A stretch of DNA of 64,000 nt. Source: Promethearchaeati archaeon SRVP18_Atabeyarchaeia-1 (GTDB taxonomy: Archaea; Asgardarchaeota; Atabeyarchaeia; Atabeyarchaeales; Atabeyarchaeaceae). The stretch spans positions 1,184,001-1,248,000 of the forward strand of contig CP147779.1 of the NCBI GenBank assembly GCA_037308085.1, written 5' to 3'. The notes under the pieces are model-generated. The model was not told where the DNA came from and searched no databases. It was given only the letters and a program-made list of their open reading frames with translations. How positions within the stretch are numbered: position 1 is the first letter of the stretch; each line of letters begins with the position of its first letter. The position numbers were made by a program, and so were the translations under genes. Shown here piece after piece: positions 1 to 9,700 of this stretch.

Positions 1-1
1 A

Positions 2-112
2 AACAAGCGCCCTCGATTAATCAGAGTGCCCAACTTCAACGCTAAACCAAAAGAGACAATCCAAAGAATAGACCAGGAGATACTTGGTGAGGCGGTAACC
101 CTTAAAGGGTAG
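2..112 (+). CDS. 3' end of a CDS entering from the left edge (NKRPRLIRVP...EAVTLKG*), function unknown
   Basis: Open frame from window start to TAG at 110-112; too short to identify. Confidence 0.4.
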   Translation, partial: NKRPRLIRVPNFNAKPKETIQRIDQEILGEAVTLKG

Positions 113-230
113 AAAATGGCAAGAATACTCAACCGAAGAAGCTTCCCGCCCTAGTACCCTCGGCCTTGGTCTGAATCTGATCCAACTTGATTGAAGAAGA
201 AATCATCGGAACTCATTGGGGACGAACCGG

Positions 231-425
231 ATGGCGAAGATAAGGAAATTCATCAGGTGCCCAGTGTGCAAAGAACTTCTCGCGCTTGAGATAGACAACA
301 ATATTAAGACCGACAGATGGCCTTTCAAGTTGGAAGGAAAGCATGGCAATCATGGCTATGTCGTACTATTGGACTCGCAACTCGCTGTTACAGACGTAAA
401 GAAGAGGCCAGAGAAGACGAGTTAA
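231..425 (+). CDS. Small CxxC...H zinc-ribbon-like protein
   Basis: CPVC, WPF, H..H, LLDSQL pattern; ATG at 231 within the ORF 216-425. Confidence 0.75.
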   Translation: MAKIRKFIRCPVCKELLALEIDNNIKTDRWPFKLEGKHGNHGYVVLLDSQLAVTDVKKRPEKTS

Positions 426-478
426 GTAAAGATAGTGTCGCAAGAAAAACCGTGCTAATCCAATAGATCGTGCAACTC

Positions 479-494
479 CGAAAGGTTTTTTAAG
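479..494 (+). promoter_or_regulatory. Archaeal BRE/TATA-like element
   Basis: CGAAAGG followed by TTTTTTAAG, about 27 nt upstream of the structured segment starting at 521. Confidence 0.5.
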
Positions 495-520
495 GCGTCA
501 AAGCAACAATAATAACCAGA

Positions 521-751
521 GGGAAGTGGGAGTCGTGAGTTACAGCTGAGCTTACTGGAGGCGGCGATTGACCTCGTGTTTTTTCTCCCCTAATGGGTTT
601 TTCAGCAGATAGATACTACCTCCCCCATTTCCGCGCGAGGTCCGCTACAGCCTCCAGTTCCGTGATTTCTTTTCTCACCTTCTGCTCGGACAGACGACCG
701 AAAGACACGGTCACATCTTTTCGGAGACTCGGTCTCACGCGTCCGTTTCCC
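521..751 (+). ncRNA. Candidate ~230-nt structured ncRNA of unknown class
   Basis: Terminal helix 521-539/734-751; nested helices 554-562/650-658, 570-578/634-642, 592-597/624-629; hairpin 696-700/708-712; G-U pairs form on the + strand. Confidence 0.5.
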
Positions 752-865
752 GCAGCTCCTCCAGACTACCTTGGTTTAAATAGTAGGAGGGTGAGAAACC
801 ATTTTATCTCCTCAATGAGTAGAATGATGTCTGTTCAAGAACAACTCATTTGGGTGGATGACCAT

Positions 866-1309
866 ATGGCCTTCAAGAATATTCTGGTCGCAATAGACGG
901 GTCAAAGGAATCTGATCGTGCAGTTGAAGTTGCAGTCGAGCTGGCAGAAAAACTGGGATCAAAAATCACGTTCCTTCACGTCGTAAGTCTGCCAGAGTTC
1001 GCCGAGACGAGAATCGTGGATGACAAAATCGAGAAAAAGATCCAGGATGCACTGGTCGACGCCGGAAAAAAGATCTTGGGTAGGGCGACAAGAATCTCTC
1101 AGGCAAAGAGAGTCTCAGCCAGCGAGAAGCTTGTTGTCGGATACCCTTCAACAACCATAGAAACTGAGGCCGGCAAACTGGGAGCTGACCTGATAGTAAT
1201 GGGCTCAAAGGGAACAGCTGGCGTCAGAAGAATGCTCATAGGCAGCACCGCGGAGAAGGTGATTCGTTTCTCTAGCATACCTGTTCTTGTGATCAAAATG
1301 GGAGAATGA
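866..1309 (+). CDS. Universal stress protein (UspA family)
   Basis: ILVAIDGS, DLIVMGSKG, IGSTAEKVIR, PVLVI motifs; true start at 866, the 593-865 extension is unlikely to be coding. Confidence 0.95.
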   Translation: MAFKNILVAIDGSKESDRAVEVAVELAEKLGSKITFLHVVSLPEFAETRIVDDKIEKKIQDALVDAGKKILGRATRISQAKRVSASEKLVVGYPSTTIETEAGKLGADLIVMGSKGTAGVRRMLIGSTAEKVIRFSSIPVLVIKMGE

Positions 1310-1414
1310 TTGAGAGATCAGCAAGCGCTATTGGAAGCGAGGGTTGGTAATAAAGGGCAGAAGGAATAAACATCTCGATCCGAAGCACGTCGAATAGCTA
1401 CTTGAAGAAGTTGG

Positions 1415-2137
1415 TTGGACATGAAAACAGCAGATGCAAAAAACGACTCCCATCTTCAGAAGGTCGCCAAAGCAGTTGCCGACCTTAACCTTGAACACAT
1501 TAAGGACATCGTCAAAGAGGCCCTTGATGCCGGCGTTCCAGCGTACGAGATTGTGGCAAGGGGTCTAGGCAAGGGCATGGAGATTGTTGGACAGAAGTAC
1601 GAGGCTCACGAATACTTCTTACCTGAACTTGTCGTCGCAGGTGAAGTGATGTACGCCGGGTTAGAGGATCTCAAACCACTACTAAAGGGCAAGGCAGCTG
1701 AGAGCAAGGGCATTATCGTTGCAGGAACCGTCGAAGGTGATATTCACGACATAGGTAAGAACCTTTTTGTAATGCTTGCAACAGCTGCGGGCTTCGAAGT
1801 GCACGACCTGGGAAACGATGTCTCGGCACAGAAATTTGTTCAGGCAGTGAAGGAAGTCAAGGCAGAGTATGTTGGCATGTCAGCGCTAATAACAACAACA
1901 ATGGAGAAAATGAAGTCAATCATAGATGAATTGAAGAAGGCGGGGCTCAGAGACAAAGTCAAGGTCATTGTTGGAGGAGCCCCCTTAACAGAGGCCTTCG
2001 CGAAGAAAATAGGGGCAGATGCCTTCGCAGCAGACGCCTTGGATGGCGTGCGACTATGCCAGCAATGGGGAGGAGCAAAGACCAAACAGAAGGTACAGCC
2101 CCCTGAGAAGAAGCAGGTATCTGCGAGGAAGAAATGA
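1415..2137 (+). CDS. Methyltransferase-associated corrinoid (B12-binding) protein, MtaC/MttC-like
   Basis: GTVEGDIHDIGKN (DxHxxG), MSAL, VGGAP, N-terminal cap domain. Confidence 0.93.
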   Translation: MDMKTADAKNDSHLQKVAKAVADLNLEHIKDIVKEALDAGVPAYEIVARGLGKGMEIVGQKYEAHEYFLPELVVAGEVMYAGLEDLKPLLKGKAAESKGIIVAGTVEGDIHDIGKNLFVMLATAAGFEVHDLGNDVSAQKFVQAVKEVKAEYVGMSALITTTMEKMKSIIDELKKAGLRDKVKVIVGGAPLTEAFAKKIGADAFAADALDGVRLCQQWGGAKTKQKVQPPEKKQVSARKK

Positions 2138-2161
2138 AGTACAACTTCATCTCATTTTCAG

Positions 2162-2944
2162 ATGGTGAGGATGAAAAACACTCGTCCAATAAGAATCACG
2201 AGAATCAAAGATGGGAACTCGCTTTCTGTCGAAGACGAAGTAATAGTCGACACCTTTCTCGGTGTCTCACTCAACGGGAAGCATATTGCCTCATTCATCT
2301 GTTCTCCAGGGGACGAGGAAGAGGCTGCCATAGGTTACCTATTCTCATCGGGAATTCTAGGTTCAATTAGTCAAATCAAGGAAACCTCTTTCAAAGAGTA
2401 TAACGTTGACGTTATCACGACGGAGCCTATCCCCACGCCCGCTTTGAGCGCCAGCGTCATAATAAGCGCATGTGGCGTCCCTGAGGAGTGGCTCAAACTC
2501 AGAAGAGGCTTCAAGCTTCCGAAAATCGAATCAGATCTCAAGGTGGGCTCAAACGTAGTAACTTCGGCAGCACGAAAGCTTAACGAGCTGAGCGAGGTGT
2601 TCAGGAGGACCGGGGGGACACACGCTGCCGCGCTGTTCAAGACTGACGGAGAACTGGTTTTCAGCATCGAAGACATTAGCAGGCATGTTGCTCTGGACAA
2701 GGTAATAGGAAAGGCCCTACTGACGGGAGCAAACTTGAAAGCACTCTTCCTTGTGAGTACGGGAAGGCTGGCAAGCGACATGGTTGTGAAGGCCGTATAC
2801 GCAGGCATTCCAATAGTGTCCTCAATAGCGGCACCCTTCAGCTCAGGCATACAACTGGCCGAGGCGACAGGCATAACACTCGTGGGATTCGTCAGAGGAG
2901 AGAGAATGAACATATACACCTATCCAGAGAGGATAATTCCTTGA
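2162..2944 (+). CDS. fdhD: Formate dehydrogenase accessory sulfurtransferase FdhD
   Basis: TGGTHAAAL, EDISRHVALDKVIG, TGR, LVGFVR...NIYT motifs. Confidence 0.92.
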   Translation: MVRMKNTRPIRITRIKDGNSLSVEDEVIVDTFLGVSLNGKHIASFICSPGDEEEAAIGYLFSSGILGSISQIKETSFKEYNVDVITTEPIPTPALSASVIISACGVPEEWLKLRRGFKLPKIESDLKVGSNVVTSAARKLNELSEVFRRTGGTHAAALFKTDGELVFSIEDISRHVALDKVIGKALLTGANLKALFLVSTGRLASDMVVKAVYAGIPIVSSIAAPFSSGIQLAEATGITLVGFVRGERMNIYTYPERIIP

Positions 2945-2971
2945 AGAGTAAGAGATAACCGGCTGTGTCGG

Positions 2972-3937
2972 GTGAGAGCTTTGAGGGAGCAAATACTGAA
3001 CGAGACGTTTGATCGAACATTTCCATTCCAACCGCATTTTCGCACAATCAATGGTTTCAGAATGCACTACGTAGATGAGGGCGAAGGCGAACCCATCGTT
3101 TGCCTCCATGGGGAACCTACGTGGGGATACATATACCGCAGATTCATTCCACCACTGTCCAAGGCTAACCGGGTCATCGTACCTGATCATATGGGATTCG
3201 GCAAGAGTGACGTTCCATTAGACAAGCCCTACACCTTGGCGCAGCACGTTGACAACCTGACAAAGCTTATCCTTGGGTTGGACCTCTCAGACATAACTCT
3301 CGTCGGGCAGGATTGGGGGGGACCCATCATGTTCGGCTTCGCCGTAAACTACCCAGACAGAGTCAAACGTCTGGTAATAATGAACACAGGAATAGGAGTC
3401 TACCCAGAAGGCACAAAGACGTGGGTAAGCGACATGATAGAGAAGGGAACCTACGAGAGAGTTATGGGTAACCTGAAGAAGAATATGCCCAGTCTGCTCG
3501 CTGGAGGAGTCGCCAAAGGGACAAAGATTACTGAGACCATGATCCGAGCCTACACAGCACCCTTCCCTGACAAAATGTCCTGTCGAGGCGCCATGTCGTT
3601 TCCACTAGACATCCCTGTCGGAAAGAATCATCCAAGTGCCCCCCTAATGCACAGTATTGTGGAAAGACGGAACCTCTTGCGAGACAAAGCCAAGATCATA
3701 GTCTGGGGGCTGCAAGACCCAGTCTTTCAAAGAATGATTCTCGACTGGTGGATTAACGCATACCCCGGAATCGAAGTCCACGAACTACCAGAGGCAAGTC
3801 ATTTTCTCGAAGAAGACGCACCAGAGAGAATAGTCAGAATCATCCAGGAATTTCTCACACGAACAGGCTCCCCAGAAAAAAGCACGACACAGAAGATCGC
3901 CGGGAAAACGGCAAAGCGAATTCGTAGGAAAAAGTAA
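2972..3937 (+). CDS. Haloalkane dehalogenase-like alpha/beta hydrolase
   Basis: MHYVDEG, HGEP, PDHMGFGKSD, QDWGG nucleophile, ASHF. Confidence 0.88.
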   Translation: MRALREQILNETFDRTFPFQPHFRTINGFRMHYVDEGEGEPIVCLHGEPTWGYIYRRFIPPLSKANRVIVPDHMGFGKSDVPLDKPYTLAQHVDNLTKLILGLDLSDITLVGQDWGGPIMFGFAVNYPDRVKRLVIMNTGIGVYPEGTKTWVSDMIEKGTYERVMGNLKKNMPSLLAGGVAKGTKITETMIRAYTAPFPDKMSCRGAMSFPLDIPVGKNHPSAPLMHSIVERRNLLRDKAKIIVWGLQDPVFQRMILDWWINAYPGIEVHELPEASHFLEEDAPERIVRIIQEFLTRTGSPEKSTTQKIAGKTAKRIRRKK

Positions 3938-3994
3938 CCTGTCGAGACGGCGATAGTATTACGGAAGGGCGGAAAAAGAAGGTGGCATAGAGAA

Positions 3995-4798
3995 ATGAGT
4001 TACAAGAATATTGTCGTAGAAGAGAAGGATCAGGTGACTAAGATCACTCTCAACAGACCTGAGAAACTGAACGCAATCAGCCCAGAGGTAATAGCGGAAG
4101 TCAAAGATGCGCTGGAGAATGCCAAGAAAGGCTCATCGCGGGTAATCATAATAACGGGTGCCGAAATGCAAGGCAAGAGAAAGATGTTCTCAACCGGAGC
4201 CGACTTGACAAAAAGTGGGATAGACCCATTCTCTCCAAAACCCGACACTATACGCTCGTCATCACTGCGAGGGCAGGAAATGTGCAGCGTGATAGCCGAG
4301 TACGAGAAGCCAATCATCGCCATGGTCAACGGCCTTGCACTCGGCGGAGGATGTGAGATAGTTCTCGCCTGCGACATCGTAGTAGCAGCGGAGGACGCGG
4401 AGATAGGTCTACCAGAAATTGGTCTAGGCATCATGCCAGGATGGGGAGGAACCCAAAGGCTTCCGAGGAAAGTCAGTTATTCCAAGGCGAAACAGATGAT
4501 CCTTACAGGCGAAAGGATCCCAGCAAGGGAAGCTCAGAGGATCGGTCTAGTAGACATTGTCGCACCCCCAGACAAGCTCGAGGAAGTAACAATGGAGCTC
4601 GCAAAGAAGCTCACAAACAAGAGTCCAGTAATGTTGAAGCTAGCGAAGAGGGCTATAAACCAAGGGCTTGAGACCACACTGAAAAACGGGCTGAAGATCG
4701 AGAACGATGCCTTCGTTGAATGCTTTTCGACAGAAGACGTAAGAGAAGGCATGCAAGCATTCTTCGAGAAACGACAGCCCAAATTCAGAGGAAAATAA
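3995..4798 (+). CDS. Enoyl-CoA hydratase/isomerase (crotonase family)
   Basis: LNRPEKLNA, GGGCE, LPEIGLG, AFFEKRQPKF. Confidence 0.93.
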   Translation: MSYKNIVVEEKDQVTKITLNRPEKLNAISPEVIAEVKDALENAKKGSSRVIIITGAEMQGKRKMFSTGADLTKSGIDPFSPKPDTIRSSSLRGQEMCSVIAEYEKPIIAMVNGLALGGGCEIVLACDIVVAAEDAEIGLPEIGLGIMPGWGGTQRLPRKVSYSKAKQMILTGERIPAREAQRIGLVDIVAPPDKLEEVTMELAKKLTNKSPVMLKLAKRAINQGLETTLKNGLKIENDAFVECFSTEDVREGMQAFFEKRQPKFRGK

Positions 4799-4961
4799 AG
4801 GGTTATCACTAGTCTTGGAAAGACATTTATTCTCTCAGATGATTCGGTGACTTGATAACAAGGCGCATAACCTTCTGGGCCGGAGGGCGAGGGGCTTCCT
4901 AGGGAAGAAAGACTCACTTCTGTGCAGACTCACCGGGAAAGAACTCCTAGAACTTGCTGAA

Positions 4962-7835
4962 ATGGTTTCACAAACCACTATCAGCGGCAAGGCTCGCAGA
5001 CGATCTCTAATTGAGATAATTAAAGGCTCACTGAGTGTCGACGAGATCGAGATCAAAATCCCTCAAGTGAGGGAGAGAGTCCGTGAGAAAGAAGAGAAGG
5101 ACAAGATTCTAGGTAAGACAGACGCAGCCCAGCTTGCCGAGTTAGCTCAACAATCCCCAAGCAGCTATCGGTTGTTGGAACTCCCAAGGGTACCATCGCG
5201 GAGCCCAATCAACATTAGAACGAGTAGAAACGATCTGCTTGAAATGATTAAGGGCTCCATGAGCGTTGAGGAAATCAAGAACAAGGTGGCGGAAATCAGA
5301 TCTAGAGAGAGGAGGATCAAACGGGCAAAACAACTCGCCACCCTTAGAAAAAACAAGGTCTTCGCAGTCTTCCTCCTATCGATTATCATGTACAGTAGCT
5401 TCGCCGTGGGCTCATTACTTGCCTACGATAACTGGAACCGAAGCTCGCAAGCTTCTCCGCTCACAGAGGATTGGAGTAGAACAGTAGGACTGAACCGATT
5501 TTACAGCTTCTATTCAGTCCAGCAGACACGTGATGGCGGCTACATCATGGCAGGAACCACAAGCCTTCTCAATCAATTTGTAGGCGATCTTTGCTTGGTA
5601 AAGACAGATTCAGCAGGCGACGTCCAGTGGAACAAGACATATGCGGGATGCCAATTCAGTCCACGTAACATTCGAGAAACCTCTGATGGCGGATACATAA
5701 TACTAGCATCATTAGATCAGATTTGTCTAGTCAAGACAGATTCAATTGGAGTAGTACAATGGAATAACACGTACACCCTTCAGGAAATTGGCGATCCTTA
5801 CGAAATCCTGCAGACATCTGATTTCGGGTATGTAGTCGGAGGATACGCACCCCAGTCTTATTCAGCAGTCTGCCTTGTCAAGATGGATTCAGGGGGGATT
5901 ATCGAGTGGAAGGAGACGTACGGTTCGATTAACTGTAATTACGGCATCTCTTCTATCTTGCAGGCAGCCGATAATGGATACGTGATAGGCGGATGGGTAT
6001 ATTCGTGGAGTTCCAGCCAATCCGATTTCTGGCTTGCCACGATAGACCAAAACGGCGGGATGAAGTGGAATAGGACGTACGGTGGTGCGGGAGATGACTG
6101 GGGGGAAACCGTCCTTATAGCGGATGACGGTTGTTTTGTTATGTCGGGGGAAACATCCCCATTCGATCCAATCGTTCAAGAAGCCTTGCTCATCAGGACG
6201 GATCCTCTTGGCAACATGGAGTGGAACGAGACATACTCAGTGAATTTTGGCGACCCAAAACTCCACTTCTCCGTCAGTAGCGCTTCTGTTTTACAGACAC
6301 TTGACCACGGGTACATCATGGCTGGTGCCTACAATGGGGGCTTTTGGCTTGTAAGAACGGATGCAAATGGAACTGAACAGTGGCTCATGACGATTGCTGA
6401 GTTAGTTGATAGCTACTTGTACTCTATCTTCCTCGCATCCGGTGGAGGGTATGTCATCGCCGGCGAGACAGGCGTAAGCGTGCCATCCGGGGAATATTTG
6501 TGTACCTCCATGATAGTAGAGACGGATTCAAGCGGAATCGCACAGTGGAGCAGGACGTTCGGATGCCATCAGCCAGGCTTTCCTGTGCCAAGATATGGTC
6601 ATCAGTTATCCGACGTCTCACGGGCCTTCTCCTTGTATAGCCAAGTCTATTTGGCAAGCTCCCTCCTTCAAACGCCCGATGGCGGATATGTCGTGGCTGG
6701 GACTGGGTGTCGGCTTGGTACTAAGGGAACCGAGATGACTTTGACTAAGCTAGATTCAAGTGGAGCAGTCCGGTGGAATAAGGTGTATGATGAAAAATAC
6801 TTTGATCTAGTAGTCTCTGTCCTGCAGACATCTGATGGAGGATACGTCATAGCCGGATCAACGTGCTCATGGGGATATTTCGGTTATTGGCTTGTCAAAA
6901 CAGATTCAGAAGGCGTTATGCAGTGGGATAGGGTGTATAGCGACGTGATGGATGCGTATCTATCCTCAGTGGCGCCGACGTCTGACGGTGGGTGCATTTT
7001 GATTGGATCAGAGGAGGGGGCTGGTTCTCGCACATGGGTCGTCAAGACAGATTCAAGTGGAACCATGCAGTGGAGCAGGAACTATGACAACACCATGGGT
7101 GGATCTCTGTCAAGCATCGTAGAGACATCTGATGGTGGATATGCTATGACAGGATACACCTATTTGAATGACGTGCCCTATGTTCAACTCTTAAAGACAG
7201 ATTCTAATGGGAGCATACAGCTAAACAAAGTAGTCGAAGGAACTCAAAATAGTGAGGGCTCATGCATCCTAGGGACATCAAACGGCGGATACATTGTCGC
7301 AGGAAAGACCTATACTACTTTTCAATTTATCCTGCTCATCAAGGTAGATTCAGGTGGCATTCCACAGTGGAACAAGACATATGAAGAAGGATACATCGAG
7401 TCTGTGACCGATCTCCATCAGACCCTCGATGGCGGATACATCATAGGCGCAACAATGTCCCCGCAGGCTGTCTTATCACCGAATACAATAGCAGGACCAA
7501 AAGACTTGCTCGCAGGTGGGGACCATGCTTACCTTCTTGTCAAGGCTAATTCAGACGGTGAAATGCAGTGGAACATGGCATTGGGGCGTGCTGGATGCGA
7601 CTTCGGGTTTTCAGCCCTCCAGACTTCTGGCGGTGGGTACATAGTGGCTTGGTACGCGGGGGGATCTGCTTCCGACACTGGTGGTCTAAGGATAGCGAAG
7701 CTGTCAGGACTACCTCTTCAGACTCGAGTGGCCATATTCCTCGCGGGATTCGGCGGTGCAACCATTCTATTCGTCTGCTTCCTCACCCTGTTATGTAGGA
7801 GGGAGGAAACGAAGAACTCCATAAGGGCAGCCTAG
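4962..7835 (+). CDS. Membrane-anchored beta-propeller-repeat protein with N-terminal helical repeats (true start probably upstream)
   Basis: Many QTxDGGY...LVKTDSxG..QW repeats between two hydrophobic segments; duplicated N-terminal L.E.IKGS.SV.EI motif. Confidence 0.85.
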   Translation: MVSQTTISGKARRRSLIEIIKGSLSVDEIEIKIPQVRERVREKEEKDKILGKTDAAQLAELAQQSPSSYRLLELPRVPSRSPINIRTSRNDLLEMIKGSMSVEEIKNKVAEIRSRERRIKRAKQLATLRKNKVFAVFLLSIIMYSSFAVGSLLAYDNWNRSSQASPLTEDWSRTVGLNRFYSFYSVQQTRDGGYIMAGTTSLLNQFVGDLCLVKTDSAGDVQWNKTYAGCQFSPRNIRETSDGGYIILASLDQICLVKTDSIGVVQWNNTYTLQEIGDPYEILQTSDFGYVVGGYAPQSYSAVCLVKMDSGGIIEWKETYGSINCNYGISSILQAADNGYVIGGWVYSWSSSQSDFWLATIDQNGGMKWNRTYGGAGDDWGETVLIADDGCFVMSGETSPFDPIVQEALLIRTDPLGNMEWNETYSVNFGDPKLHFSVSSASVLQTLDHGYIMAGAYNGGFWLVRTDANGTEQWLMTIAELVDSYLYSIFLASGGGYVIAGETGVSVPSGEYLCTSMIVETDSSGIAQWSRTFGCHQPGFPVPRYGHQLSDVSRAFSLYSQVYLASSLLQTPDGGYVVAGTGCRLGTKGTEMTLTKLDSSGAVRWNKVYDEKYFDLVVSVLQTSDGGYVIAGSTCSWGYFGYWLVKTDSEGVMQWDRVYSDVMDAYLSSVAPTSDGGCILIGSEEGAGSRTWVVKTDSSGTMQWSRNYDNTMGGSLSSIVETSDGGYAMTGYTYLNDVPYVQLLKTDSNGSIQLNKVVEGTQNSEGSCILGTSNGGYIVAGKTYTTFQFILLIKVDSGGIPQWNKTYEEGYIESVTDLHQTLDGGYIIGATMSPQAVLSPNTIAGPKDLLAGGDHAYLLVKANSDGEMQWNMALGRAGCDFGFSALQTSGGGYIVAWYAGGSASDTGGLRIAKLSGLPLQTRVAIFLAGFGGATILFVCFLTLLCRREETKNSIRAA

Positions 7836-7912
7836 ATGGAGAAAGTCTTCTGACGGAATTCAATGCGTTTTCCTATCAAGGTCTTCGACCGAAGACTTGA
7901 TTCGGGAACTCA

Positions 7913-8677
7913 TCAGGATCCAACAAACTTCAAGATCACGTCGTTCACGTACTCTGGCTTCTCCAGCATATTCACGTGCCCAGCGCCGGGGATGACTTCG
8001 AGTTTTGATCCTTCAATGTTCTCGTGTAGGAATTGCGCCATCGGTTTAGTAATTAGCAGGTCATCCGCCCCCATGATTATTAGTGTAGGTGCCTTGATCT
8101 TTCCGATCTTGCCGCTGAAATCAACTTCGCCTGTAGCCTCATAATCGTCAGTTGCAGCCTCGCGGTTAGTCTGCAGGTCCATTTGCACGTGTTGTTGGAC
8201 CAGAGCCGGGTTGGTCTTCATCGTTTTCTTTGAGAAGGACAACTCTGAGAGTAGCTTCTGAGTAGATTCGAAGTGAGTGCGGTAGAGGTCTAATGCCTCC
8301 GGTGAAACGGGTACCTTTGCTGCTGTGTCATGCAGTATGAGTCTCTCAACTAGCTGAGGGTACTTAAAGCATAATTGCTGAACGACCAGCCCACCCATAG
8401 AGGTTCCGCCTATTACCGCCTTTGCTAGCCGAATCCTCTTCATGAAGCTGGCGCAGTGGTCAGCATAGCGCTCTATTGTTCCTCTTCCGCTCAGAGCCTC
8501 CGTCTCTCCATGCCCAGGCAGGTCAATTGCGAGGACTCTCACCTTCTTTGAAAGCCCTTCGAGCTGGTTAACCCATATGCGAGTGCTGCTACATGCCCCG
8601 TGTACAAGGAGCAAGGGTTTTCCCTTTCCTACATCCTCGTAGAAAGTTTTCAGGCCATCAACTTTCACGAAAGGCAT
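7913..8677 (-). CDS. Alpha/beta hydrolase
   Basis: HG, DLPGHG, GTSMGG, GAGH. Confidence 0.9.
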   Translation of the reverse strand: MPFVKVDGLKTFYEDVGKGKPLLLVHGACSSTRIWVNQLEGLSKKVRVLAIDLPGHGETEALSGRGTIERYADHCASFMKRIRLAKAVIGGTSMGGLVVQQLCFKYPQLVERLILHDTAAKVPVSPEALDLYRTHFESTQKLLSELSFSKKTMKTNPALVQQHVQMDLQTNREAATDDYEATGEVDFSGKIGKIKAPTLIIMGADDLLITKPMAQFLHENIEGSKLEVIPGAGHVNMLEKPEYVNDVILKFVGS

Positions 8678-8752
8678 GATGAACTCACCACTCCCAGAAC
8701 CTATTAATGGTATTTAGCCGCTGATACTGCATTCAGTTTCAGCCATTGAGTA

Positions 8753-9520
8753 CTAGCCTCTGAGGAACTTCAAAATCGCTTCGTTGAACTTTTCTGGCTG
8801 CTCCAGCATGGGCATATGCCCTGAATCAGAAATAACTTCGAGCTTTGATCCTTTGATACTTTGTTGCAGGAATTGCGCCATTGAGAGAGGCAACAAGTCA
8901 TCTGCCCCATGAATTATCAAGGTTGGGGCGGCGATCTCGCTGAGCCTTTTTCCAAGGTCTACACCCGCGACAGCCTGGAAGTCGTCAGCCAGGATGTTGA
9001 TGTCGAAACTCGGACTCTGCATAAGGTGCTTCATGACGAAAGCCATTTTCTTCTGGTCCGATACGGTCTTCTCAGAAAGAAGCATGTTCAAGATCTGTAT
9101 GCCGAATTCAGCTCCTTGACTGCGAACTCGGTCAGCGAATCCACCTTGACCGGGGAATCTGGCGCCACTGTCAACTATGATAAGCTTCTCGACAAGTTCA
9201 GGGCGTTCTATAGCGAGCTCTTGAGCTACTGCACCTCCCATTGAGTGACCAAGCACGAAAGCCCGGTCAAGTCTGACCTGTTTCATGAAGACTGCGACAT
9301 GTTCTGCGTACTGCTGTATGCTTGCCCTCTCCTTTAGATGGTCTGACTTACCATGACCCGGCAGATCAATCGCGATGACCATGAAGTTCCTTGATAGCTT
9401 CGAAAGCTGGACACCCCAGTATCCGCTACTCCCGCCAGCCCCGTGAATAAGGAGCAATGGTTTTCCTCTTCCTTTCGATTCGTAGAATGTCTTCAAGCCT
9501 TTTACGTCAATGAACGGCAT
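8753..9520 (-). CDS. Alpha/beta hydrolase (tandem paralog of 7913-8677)
   Basis: HG, DLPGHG, GHSMGG, SGH; near-identical N-terminus to its neighbour. Confidence 0.9.
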   Translation of the reverse strand: MPFIDVKGLKTFYESKGRGKPLLLIHGAGGSSGYWGVQLSKLSRNFMVIAIDLPGHGKSDHLKERASIQQYAEHVAVFMKQVRLDRAFVLGHSMGGAVAQELAIERPELVEKLIIVDSGARFPGQGGFADRVRSQGAEFGIQILNMLLSEKTVSDQKKMAFVMKHLMQSPSFDINILADDFQAVAGVDLGKRLSEIAAPTLIIHGADDLLPLSMAQFLQQSIKGSKLEVISDSGHMPMLEQPEKFNEAILKFLRG

Positions 9521-9700
9521 TGCGAAATCACATCACTAACTTCCGTCAGTGGCAACCATACATAGAGGAGGCGAGGCTCTTAGTCTTAACCATCCAACAT
9601 ATTCCGATTCGCGATGAACGGGTCGCTCTGCGCTCCCAGTCTCGTGGACTGAGAGACCAAGGGGCAATAACGATCAGACACGAGTCGGGCACCGCGCAGA

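Noticed and set aside
593-865. Long N-terminal extension of the USP ORF
   Set aside because: No USP similarity; the SD-like sequence and domain start point to ATG 866.
5480-7700. Recurrent DNA words (aagacagattca, gatggcggata) as a CRISPR-like array
   Set aside because: They encode the propeller repeat motifs within one continuous ORF.
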